DNA from: a virus
Lineage: Duplodnaviria > Caudoviricetes
DNA: 64,000 nt
Virus record (IMG/VR): IMGVR_UViG_3300010885_054974
Coordinates: 1,827 to 65,826 of that record
Reading direction: 5' to 3' (one strand)
The position numbers and the translations under genes were made by a program. Shown in pieces: positions 1 through 7,946 of the stretch. The notes under the pieces are model-generated. The model was not told the origin of the DNA. It saw nothing but the letters and a program-made list of their open reading frames with translations, and searched no databases. How positions within the stretch are numbered: position 1 is the stretch's first letter; the number at the start of each line of letters is the position of its first letter.

Positions 1-142
1 CAAATGTGCTGTAATCGTTGTCACCATAAATATACCAATAGTATCGAGTTCGGCTTAGACTAGCCGCATGTTCAAGAGAGTCAGCAGGCTGCTCAAACAC
101 AAACAGGTTAGGCTTTGCGCCTGAGTAAAACACATCAAACAT
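1..142 (-). CDS. Partial CDS running off the left edge; phage hypothetical, possibly glycosyltransferase-associated (MFDVFYSGAKPNLFVFEQPADSLEHAASLSRTRYYWYIYGDNDYSTF...)
   Basis: Translated by hand and absent from the ORF track; ATG at 142-140 with an open frame to the window edge and a protein-like composition. Confidence 0.7.
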   Translation of the reverse strand, partial: MFDVFYSGAKPNLFVFEQPADSLEHAASLSRTRYYWYIYGDNDYSTF

Positions 143-1349
143 GTACAATATCCACAGTCATTATTTTAATCTTTTTAGTTTTTTACAGACTATTATAGCA
201 CAACCTCGGCTAGAATATCTATATCCTTTTGGAGCCAGTTCAATCGAAAACATAGAAGTACTGGACACAGACGAAAGCCTTGATGTAGACCCCATTGTGT
301 TGTGCTATGATCAAGAGCCCTTGTACAAAGACTATAACGATTTCTTATTTGGTTGCGTGTATCGAAAGGCCAGAACTCTTCGAAGACCTGTAATATTAGT
401 TACCACAGAACGCAACAGTACAGCACTAAATTACTTTGTTGAAAAATACAATTTTATACCTTGCTACGGATTTTTCCACATATTTGCCGCACATGATTGG
501 TTCCGTGGTTACCAATTTGATTCAAAGATTGTGCCTGTGTCGCAAAGAACAATTAGAAAAAAGTACATCACATTTAACCGACTCACAGGCAATGCCAGAG
601 TTTACAGAAGTTTGTTTGTTGGTGAGTTGGCCAAACGAAATCTTATCAGTCAAGGGCATGTCAGCTACAGCAATATCTGTCCCGAACACGGACATTATCA
701 TGACTCCATCAACTATGCTGTCACTGAATACCAAGTGGATGCTGAATATGTGAACAACATCAAACACCATCTTGATCAATTGGCGCATCCACTACGAATT
801 GACCATGCGGGGAAAGATGCCATCCCCAATCACAGCATGATACTGAGCGCAGTAGATCAATGTATAGAAAGTTTTTTATACATAGTGACAGAAACTTGTT
901 TCTGGGACACCAAGTGTCATTTGACCGAAAAAGTATTCAAACCTATTATACTACAGCAACCATTTGTGTTGCTGGGCTGTGCCCATAACTTGGAGTATCT
1001 AAAAAGTTATGGGTTTCGAACATTTGATCAATGGTGGGATGAAAGTTATGATCACATAGAAGATCCGGTGATGCGAATACAAGCAGTGACTGAAGTGGTT
1101 GAATATATTTCAAGTCTAACCCTGGGTCAGCTGACTGCCATGCTACACGAAATGGCGCCGGTGTTGGAACACAATTTCAAATTGTTCAACAGTGCAGAAT
1201 TTTTAAACTCTGCATGGCAAGAACTAACTGATAATTTACGAGCGGCTGTTGCTAGTGCTCCTGTGATTCAACCTTATTCAATACCCAGAGCAGATCGTTA
1301 TCAGCTAGTTTCTTCCCCACCTGATTCTATTCCACACACGCTAGTGTAG
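141..1349 (+). CDS. Hypothetical protein with a glycosyltransferase-like C-terminal region
   Basis: 402-aa ORF; motif IVTET...LTEKVFKPI..QQPF..LG....L.YLKSYGF.TF..WWDESYD resembles GT10/GT-B-like phage proteins. Confidence 0.6.
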   Translation: MYNIHSHYFNLFSFLQTIIAQPRLEYLYPFGASSIENIEVLDTDESLDVDPIVLCYDQEPLYKDYNDFLFGCVYRKARTLRRPVILVTTERNSTALNYFVEKYNFIPCYGFFHIFAAHDWFRGYQFDSKIVPVSQRTIRKKYITFNRLTGNARVYRSLFVGELAKRNLISQGHVSYSNICPEHGHYHDSINYAVTEYQVDAEYVNNIKHHLDQLAHPLRIDHAGKDAIPNHSMILSAVDQCIESFLYIVTETCFWDTKCHLTEKVFKPIILQQPFVLLGCAHNLEYLKSYGFRTFDQWWDESYDHIEDPVMRIQAVTEVVEYISSLTLGQLTAMLHEMAPVLEHNFKLFNSAEFLNSAWQELTDNLRAAVASAPVIQPYSIPRADRYQLVSSPPDSIPHTLV

Positions 1350-1508
1350 CCAAAACAACAGGATCTTGGTTACAATTTCAGTTAGGGCGATACCGCTGGC
1401 TAATAATATTTGACCAGTAATAAGCCAACTGATCAAAAAAGTATCCACAGTGCCGGTTACTCGCCAAGTAACTGCTTTGACTAAACTGCGTACTGCGGTA
1501 TCACTCAA
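1305..1508 (-). pseudogene. DUF2061-like small membrane protein interrupted by an in-frame TAG
   Basis: Hand translation from TTG 1508: MSDTAVRSLVKAVTWRVTGTVDTFLISWLITGQILLASGIALTEIVTKILLFWLH*RVWNRIRWGRN*; the TAG at 1343-1341 sits where the HERxW motif needs Glu. Confidence 0.7.
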
Positions 1509-2343
1509 GTCCCATGCTCCGTCTTATCTTGGTCGCTGAGATATTGGTAATCGAGTCATCAAAACTCTCTTGTTCAATTCGATAGCCCACATCGCGACCG
1601 TAGGTGATGTTAACAATATTAGGAACCACTTGTATTTCATATTGACCTTGGTATACAGGATCTAGGTCCCTGCGTATATAATTTTTAACTTGTTCAATTG
1701 CGAACGGATTTGAGCCTTGCCAGCCTTGGCAGTCGCGTATCTGTATAACAACTTGGCCAGTTTTGGCAACAGCACGGTCGAACAATGCTCTATGCCCGGC
1801 GTGCCATGGCTGCCAACGACCCAACATTTGTACTGTTTCGGCCTGCCAATCAAATACAGGTCTACGGCGATTTTCAACTATATGCTCGCCCACAAACTCT
1901 GCCCACTTGTCTGCCGCTTGTTCTGTAATACGGAAGTCGTATACTTCGGGTGGTACAAATATTTTATTGGTATCTTCAAATCGACCTCGGTCAATTGTAT
2001 CAATCCAAATGGTCCAATCGGCTTTGAAGTTGTTACGCATTTCTACCAACGGTGCCACAAAGTCTACTATACAATAATCGGTGTTGGCTTCATCTGCCAA
2101 GTCTCGCATACGCTGGCTTTGTCTAATACGACCTTCTTGAGAGAAGTCCCAATCGTTGTAGTGTCTACGCACTTCATCGGCATTGAGCCAGGCCACCGTG
2201 ACTTGAGCATCCGCGATTGGTCTTAGCGAATTCTCATTGATGGGATTCATATGCTGTTCAAGATACCGTTTTAGTCTCTCTGCAAAATAAGTTTTGCCTG
2301 CACCGGGCAGTCCCATGATCAATATGCGTTGTGCTTGTTTCAT
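1501..2343 (-). CDS. Adenylylsulfate-kinase (CysC)-like P-loop kinase fused to an HxGH nucleotidyltransferase domain
   Basis: P-loop GLPGAGKT, NADEVR and DFS.EGR.RQ in the N-terminal part; GRWQPWHAGH and terminal ISATKIR in the C-terminal part. Confidence 0.8.
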   Translation of the reverse strand: MKQAQRILIMGLPGAGKTYFAERLKRYLEQHMNPINENSLRPIADAQVTVAWLNADEVRRHYNDWDFSQEGRIRQSQRMRDLADEANTDYCIVDFVAPLVEMRNNFKADWTIWIDTIDRGRFEDTNKIFVPPEVYDFRITEQAADKWAEFVGEHIVENRRRPVFDWQAETVQMLGRWQPWHAGHRALFDRAVAKTGQVVIQIRDCQGWQGSNPFAIEQVKNYIRRDLDPVYQGQYEIQVVPNIVNITYGRDVGYRIEQESFDDSITNISATKIRRSMGLE

Positions 2344-2344
2344 T

Positions 2345-2506
2345 TTATCCTCCTCTTCCAGTTTTCCGTCCAGTGGGTTTGTTCACAGTGACTTGATTTC
2401 GAAATTTAACCTGTTGCACTTGTTGTGCTTTGGCTTCTGGAATTTTTGTTTTGTTTGCCTGTGCGGCTTTGATTGCATCTAAAAAATTGTTTTTCTTTTC
2501 AGTCAT
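2345..2506 (-). CDS. Small basic hypothetical protein (53 aa, MTEKKNNFLDAIKAAQ...GRKTGRGG)
   Basis: Hand translation; ATGA overlap with the upstream gene; its GGAGG end serves as the Shine-Dalgarno for the next gene. Confidence 0.65.
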   Translation of the reverse strand: MTEKKNNFLDAIKAAQANKTKIPEAKAQQVQQVKFRNQVTVNKPTGRKTGRGG

Positions 2507-2679
2507 ATTGTACCCCATTTAATTCGAAGCCATATTCTTTCCATTGCATATTGTACTATGGCCAATACAACATGTATTGCTACCGCATCACTTAGACCTG
2601 TCCATACAGCAGTTATTAGCAAAGCAGTAATCCTATACGCAACTGTTCTTGCCAGGGTTCTTGCGTGTGTCTCTATCAT
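2503..2679 (-). CDS. DUF2061-like small membrane protein (58 aa)
   Basis: Hand translation MIETHARTLARTVAYRITALLITAVWTG...YAMERIWLRIKWGTI; ATGA overlaps at both ends. Confidence 0.7.
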   Translation of the reverse strand: MIETHARTLARTVAYRITALLITAVWTGLSDAVAIHVVLAIVQYAMERIWLRIKWGTI

Positions 2680-4163
2680 GATACTACTTGTACTCCATAA
2701 AGTTGTTCAAAACGGTCAGCATCGGCACGATCGTTGACCATTGGTTCTCCCCTGATGTTAAGACTTGTGTTTAACAACATGGGACAGTCTGTCATCACAT
2801 ACCATTTTTCCAGGAGTTCTCGTATTCCGCTTCCGTCTCGTGGCACAGTTTGTACACGACTAGTGCCATCATGATGAATGATAGCAGGGAATAGGTCAGG
2901 TACCCTGCAACGAGCGATTGTTTGCATATACCTACTACGGTCCCAGCCCCTAGGCATATCAAAGTAAGTATCAGCCAACTCCTCCAGAATAACTGGCGCA
3001 AAGGGTCTGAACTTTTGTCTGCGTTTAATTTCATTTACTTGATCCTTTATTTCTTTTCCTCGGGGGTCTGCAAGGAGGCTTCGGTTGCCCAACGCTCGCG
3101 GGCCGAACTCGGCACGACCGCTTGCCACACCCACAATACGATCACGGAGAAGAGCATCCAGGGCACCATTAACAGGATAAGGCCCAGGAATAAGGTGACC
3201 CAGAAAAGCATTGTTCCAATTAATGCGACGGCCCCAAACAAGGCCTGCGGCACCAAGGCTACTGCCGCTATCGCCAGGGCAAGGCATAATCCAAATGTTT
3301 TCAAAGTAGTTTCCTATTCTAGAATTGGCCGCGCAGTTGAGTGCCACGCCGCCCATATAAACCAAATTGTCACTCCACCCAAACTTCTTTGCACGAGTCA
3401 TAACATTTAGTATCAGTTGCTCTGCTAGTTCTTGTGCCCCGGCTGCAATATCCATATCGCTGGTGCCGGGCATAAAATCCGCATCGAGTCCTATGTGTAG
3501 ATTTTCTCGAAATCGTATGTCGTATTCGTGCGCTATCAACCGATCTTGCATTACAGCGGCATGACGCCTGTCACCGTAGGCTGCCATGCCCATCAAGATG
3601 TATTCTTCGTCTAGTGGGCGTAGGCCAACGCGGCCAGTCGCTCCAGAATAAAAGAGTCCGATGCTATGCGGGTAACTCTGTCTCCACAATTTCGTATAAT
3701 GCGCTTTACCATGTTTATCATATTCAGCCCCCCATATACTTATGGTATCCCATTCACCTATAGCGTCAATTACCACCACAGTAGCCCGATCAAAAGTACT
3801 GGTTTGAAACCCTGCCGCCGCATGACTTAGGTGATGATTATAATTCTTGTAGTATTTAACATCCTGCCAATTGGCATGTCCAATTTGATCGTGTATGTTT
3901 TTCTTCACACTGAGTCTGTTCCACTCGATGCCTTGACCGCTGTACCATTGACGCAACTGTTTCATCACTGGGCGTTCATAATATGCCACTGTGTCGATTG
4001 GGTTGTAATTTTCTAATTCTTCGATCAGTGGTGTGCAGAAGTTTTTGTCATTCTTGCGTTTACTATACCGCTCGCTATGGCCAGCAAATAGTATATCGCC
4101 ATGACGATCAATTACTGTTGCGGCTGCATCATGAAATCCAGCCGAGATGCCTAATATGTTCAT
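2676..4163 (-). CDS. Carbamoyltransferase, NodU/CmcH (TobZ-like) family
   Basis: HDAAA, HHLSHAA, DAIGE, GGVALN, EFGPRALGNRSLL, FRPFAP and LLNTSLNIRGEP motifs. Confidence 0.93.
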   Translation of the reverse strand: MNILGISAGFHDAAATVIDRHGDILFAGHSERYSKRKNDKNFCTPLIEELENYNPIDTVAYYERPVMKQLRQWYSGQGIEWNRLSVKKNIHDQIGHANWQDVKYYKNYNHHLSHAAAGFQTSTFDRATVVVIDAIGEWDTISIWGAEYDKHGKAHYTKLWRQSYPHSIGLFYSGATGRVGLRPLDEEYILMGMAAYGDRRHAAVMQDRLIAHEYDIRFRENLHIGLDADFMPGTSDMDIAAGAQELAEQLILNVMTRAKKFGWSDNLVYMGGVALNCAANSRIGNYFENIWIMPCPGDSGSSLGAAGLVWGRRINWNNAFLGHLIPGPYPVNGALDALLRDRIVGVASGRAEFGPRALGNRSLLADPRGKEIKDQVNEIKRRQKFRPFAPVILEELADTYFDMPRGWDRSRYMQTIARCRVPDLFPAIIHHDGTSRVQTVPRDGSGIRELLEKWYVMTDCPMLLNTSLNIRGEPMVNDRADADRFEQLYGVQVVS

Positions 4164-4755
4164 AAATTTGATTTGCTATTCTTTGATGGCCCAACTCTAG
4201 CGGATGTCCGCCGGGGCCTTTGGGGCAATTACCTTGAAACTCCAACATGCCATCTTTGGGCCAACCTACATAATTTTCAACCCGGTACCGGTCCCACAAG
4301 AAACTAAATTCATCCTGATACACCTCATGATGTCCTTGTAATCCAGCAACATTTACAAATAGGTAAGGTTGATTAATGCTCAACAGATACTGTTGCAATT
4401 CTAGTACCTGGGTGAACCAGGTGCGAAAACCAAACTTTTCATCGTAACTGTGTTTGTAATAGTCCTGCACCCAAGGAATACCACGACGCCCTGCGTGATT
4501 AATGCAAGTAGGAGTACCTTGGGTCCAAGTTTCAATTCTACTGGTGTCGCTCCACCCCACAATGACCAAGTCAAATTTTTGTTTGGCAGTTTGCTCTATT
4601 ACTGTGCGAATTATGTATTGATTACTGCCGCCGCCTTTGCCTAGATTTAATACTGGCTTGTCTAATAAACGAGACAACACATAGGGCCACGCCGACACGA
4701 TTCTATCGGGCAGTTCCTCACCGTAGGTAAAGCTGTCGCCTACTGTCAATATCAT
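4129..4755 (-). CDS. SGNH/GDSL hydrolase-like protein
   Basis: N-terminal GDSFTYG, NLGKGGGSN, C-terminal GHPLELGH. Confidence 0.7.
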   Translation of the reverse strand: MILTVGDSFTYGEELPDRIVSAWPYVLSRLLDKPVLNLGKGGGSNQYIIRTVIEQTAKQKFDLVIVGWSDTSRIETWTQGTPTCINHAGRRGIPWVQDYYKHSYDEKFGFRTWFTQVLELQQYLLSINQPYLFVNVAGLQGHHEVYQDEFSFLWDRYRVENYVGWPKDGMLEFQGNCPKGPGGHPLELGHQRIANQIYEHIRHLGWIS

Positions 4756-4853
4756 TTGTAGATAAATGGGTCGCGCTTACGCAACTCCCGAAGTTTCTTA
4801 CGATAGTTAATTTCCAACCTGATTCGGTTGATTAAGTTTGTTAACCATTTCAT
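4752..4853 (-). CDS. 33-aa basic peptide MKWLTNLINRIRLEINYRKKLRELRKRDPFIYK
   Basis: Hand translation; ATG at 4853; its TGA overlaps the next ATG (ATGA) and it fills the gap between the two SGNH genes. Confidence 0.7.
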   Translation of the reverse strand: MKWLTNLINRIRLEINYRKKLRELRKRDPFIYK

Positions 4854-5382
4854 TGAATTTTTCCTGCATTAATTGGGCGGCGTCTTGATGCGCTTGTTCT
4901 AAGGGATGACGGTCTGGGCCGCACAAGTATTTATTCTCCACAGCCCACTGGTAAAAACCTCTTGGAGTTTGCGTATTATATGATTGTTCTTTGGGTGCGG
5001 GTGGGAAAAAGAACCAGTTGCTATAATCCAATTGTCCTGTAACCACACAGTTATCGGCACAGGTAAACAAGTAGCGATAACCATGAAACTCCAAATACTT
5101 TTGCAAACTCATGATATCACGGTCGCTGTCGATTTGATTATCCCTTGTGGGCCATGTCCAGCAAACCACAACCACCACATCATTACGCATCCAGTTCAAG
5201 TAGTCACGCACACGCAGACCAATTTCACGATTGCCTATGCCCGGGTAAGCGGCACACACATATCGGGTGGCCAACAGGGCCGGAAAGGTACTATGGCTGT
5301 AACCGTCCAGGCCGCCGTGCGGGCTATCGGCAAGCTCACTGCCCCAAACAAAACTGTCACCGCCCGCGACTACTGTAGTCAT
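4807..5382 (-). CDS. SGNH/GDSL hydrolase-like protein
   Basis: GDSFVWG, PGIGN and HPLEQAH motifs. Confidence 0.65.
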   Translation of the reverse strand: MTTVVAGGDSFVWGSELADSPHGGLDGYSHSTFPALLATRYVCAAYPGIGNREIGLRVRDYLNWMRNDVVVVVCWTWPTRDNQIDSDRDIMSLQKYLEFHGYRYLFTCADNCVVTGQLDYSNWFFFPPAPKEQSYNTQTPRGFYQWAVENKYLCGPDRHPLEQAHQDAAQLMQEKFNEMVNKLNQPNQVGN

Positions 5383-6448
5383 ATCCTGGTTTTAACTTTG
5401 CTATTTGTTGTTGTTGATAATCTGCGTCGGTCCACGCATAATCATATACCGCTTGAATAGGACCTGAGCGCAGTTGGCCTGCGGTTATACTATAAATGTC
5501 AAGATACCGACTCAGTACGGGCCAAATTTCTTTAAAATCTGTAGTACCAAAACTTTTAGCCAATTCAACTTGTCCCACAGGATGGTATCCATAATTGTAT
5601 TCTATATCTTCCAAGCTGAAGCGATTGCGTACCAGCCACTCGCGGAAGCCGGACATTTCAGTTGTGTGCCACGGGTGTGGTCCATTGTACACAACATCTT
5701 GTGCCCACTCAATGTCAAATTCGCCCGAATAGTATCTCAAGTGAGTGATGGCGTCACACACAGTTTTGTCTATGTCTGCGCCCTGTTCATCACGATACAC
5801 TTCGTACAAGGTCTTGCCTATCTGCGTCCAATGCAAGTACGCTTCGCCAAATCGCCTATCATATCTAGTTTCATCAAAGGTTGTTTTATATGCTTCGGGA
5901 AAATCTATGCGTTCAGCATTTAAGAATGTGGTAATTTGACTAGGCCGTACCCACTGGGGGTCCTGTGCCTGTTTGCGTTGACTCAGCATGAGACTTTCGG
6001 CTTCGTGACACAGATTGTTTAGTTGACGGATAGAAAACTTGGTGTCGTAGTCGGCTTCTTTGTACCAATCACTCAATCCCCATACAGTACCTTGCAAGTG
6101 TTCAAAGTGATTGTGCAGTTGGTTCATTATGTCTTGATTGGGTTCAAGTCCGGTGCGTAGTGTGTCTATGGCAAAGTTTTCTTCAATGTGATATCGCTTG
6201 TTGAAGAAAGTGTTGATTTGATTCTTGGCCCAGGTGAGTTCTTGGCATATGTAATCCAAGTTGCGAGGACTGTCGGGAAAACCCAAAAAGCAAAAGTTCT
6301 TTTCAAGATATTGATTCTTCAGCAATATTTCTTGTAATGCTCTGTGCCAACGATAGCCCATGGGTGTATCGTACACATCAATGGTATAGGCCAGAGTGTC
6401 GCTTTTGTTCAGCGGGTTTCTTAATACTACTTCAACTTTCATGGCCAT
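5357..6448 (-). CDS. Hypothetical protein (363 aa)
   Basis: Long ORF overlapping both neighbours in the operon. Confidence 0.75.
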   Translation of the reverse strand: MAMKVEVVLRNPLNKSDTLAYTIDVYDTPMGYRWHRALQEILLKNQYLEKNFCFLGFPDSPRNLDYICQELTWAKNQINTFFNKRYHIEENFAIDTLRTGLEPNQDIMNQLHNHFEHLQGTVWGLSDWYKEADYDTKFSIRQLNNLCHEAESLMLSQRKQAQDPQWVRPSQITTFLNAERIDFPEAYKTTFDETRYDRRFGEAYLHWTQIGKTLYEVYRDEQGADIDKTVCDAITHLRYYSGEFDIEWAQDVVYNGPHPWHTTEMSGFREWLVRNRFSLEDIEYNYGYHPVGQVELAKSFGTTDFKEIWPVLSRYLDIYSITAGQLRSGPIQAVYDYAWTDADYQQQQIAKLKPGYDYSSRGR

Positions 6449-6654
6449 TTAAGTGCCCAGAACATGGCTTTTGCAGGATCTGGAATTTCCCAATAATGGT
6501 TATGCCCACTGTATACAACTGCACCAAAATCATTTTTTATTGTCACAGGTTCGCTTACATGAATAAAATCAGTACCAATCTCTCCAATATTGTCTTTGGT
6601 CCATTGTTGCCATTCAGTTTGTTTATCATAAGGAATTGTGTGTTCTAATTTCAT
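6439..6654 (-). CDS. Small hypothetical protein
   Basis: ATG at 6654 overlaps the stop of the upstream radical SAM gene (ATGA). Confidence 0.6.
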   Translation of the reverse strand: MKLEHTIPYDKQTEWQQWTKDNIGEIGTDFIHVSEPVTIKNDFGAVVYSGHNHYWEIPDPAKAMFWALKWP

Positions 6655-7946
6655 ATCGACATCCACCATTTGAGTACATCAGGACGGGCACTGAGTATGT
6701 CAGTCATTGTCACACTCTGTGTTCTGATCTGCTCTAATTTTAACACACGAGCCTTGCCACGAGCAACTGCTTCGGCATATTCTTTTGGCCATTGTTCTGC
6801 AAAAGTGGGTCTAGTTTTTAGCTGGACAAGTATATCCCGCAAGGCGCCGCCAGAATGTTGCATCTGGTTGGTAATCTCATCTACCCAAGGATGTAGTATT
6901 TCCCTGGGTAGTGCAAGGGGTGACATAACTATGTCCGGACTAAAACTAAAAATTACTTTGGCAAGGACTTCGACTCCGAATCGCTGTGCAAGTTGTTCAA
7001 TGCGTGTAATTTCGAACATTCCGGGCAAAGTGAGCGTGAAGTCAATTCTGACTTGACGATTGTTACGTCTGATCTCAACTGCCTTACTGAAATTTTCAAG
7101 CCACCGAGGATAGCTAAGACCAGTTCTAATGTACTCGCCAATCTGTTCCGTGCCATCAAGGCTTGCACATATCTGCCAATCGCGAATCCTACTGAGAATA
7201 TCCCTATACAGATTGATACCTTTGTAATCAACTCTAGATAAGTTGGTGTTATAACGAGCGTAAACATTGTGACCATCTCCTAATTCTATTATACGGGTCA
7301 TGTATCTCCAATGTTGCTCGTACATCAGGGGCTCGCCACCAACCCAATATACTTCCTCAACACGGTGTTCCTCGACAGCTTTTTCAAATTCCCATTCTAT
7401 CTGTCGTTGCTGAAAACCTTCTATGTCTTTCTTAATCTCGGGTCGCATCCAGTTGTTCTTTGGATTAGCCCAATCGATCATGCCGTGTTGCCGTTGCTCA
7501 GTTTCCCAAGCACTGGACAGCATGTCTCCGCACATACGGCATTTAAAGTTGCACAGGTTGCTAAATCTGTAATCCCACGATACCGGAAGCATGGTTGTAC
7601 TGCCGTCCTCGGCGGTATTTTCCATGGCTTCGTTGTACTTATGTTCAAACAGCTGATTGAAATAGCTACGGTAAACAGAAGTATTCAACAGTCTATCATT
7701 GCATACTTCGCACTCAGGCAGTGTTTCCCCGGCCATCATGCGTTTTCGCACACTCCGCATATGGTCACTATTCCAATGTTCATCTAGCGTGATAGGGATA
7801 TAACGCCCAGTGCCAGCCTCGGTATCAATGTACTGTTGAAAGTTCTGTGCAGGCTCGCGACTTGCACAGCACATTCTGCGTTCAGTTTGCGGGCTTAGAT
7901 ATGTGTGCGTCCAGGGCGCCATGCATAAGGTATCAGGTTTTGTCAT
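6651..7946 (-). CDS. Radical SAM protein with N-terminal twitch/SPASM-like Cys domain
   Basis: CMAPWTH..MCC and CEVC, then CNFKCRMC, GGEP and YNTN; start taken at ATG 7946. Confidence 0.88.
   Translation of the reverse strand: MTKPDTLCMAPWTHTYLSPQTERRMCCASREPAQNFQQYIDTEAGTGRYIPITLDEHWNSDHMRSVRKRMMAGETLPECEVCNDRLLNTSVYRSYFNQLFEHKYNEAMENTAEDGSTTMLPVSWDYRFSNLCNFKCRMCGDMLSSAWETEQRQHGMIDWANPKNNWMRPEIKKDIEGFQQRQIEWEFEKAVEEHRVEEVYWVGGEPLMYEQHWRYMTRIIELGDGHNVYARYNTNLSRVDYKGINLYRDILSRIRDWQICASLDGTEQIGEYIRTGLSYPRWLENFSKAVEIRRNNRQVRIDFTLTLPGMFEITRIEQLAQRFGVEVLAKVIFSFSPDIVMSPLALPREILHPWVDEITNQMQHSGGALRDILVQLKTRPTFAEQWPKEYAEAVARGKARVLKLEQIRTQSVTMTDILSARPDVLKWWMSI

Noticed and set aside
40-130. Short hairpins and a CGCAAAGCC (minus strand) suggesting a riboswitch leader
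   Set aside because: The region is an open, protein-like reading frame on the minus strand (1-142), and the c-di-GMP-I P2/GNRA elements are missing
1501-5382. Saxitoxin or other toxin biosynthesis
   Set aside because: Only generic tailoring enzymes are present; there is no PKS-like sxtA or amidinotransferase
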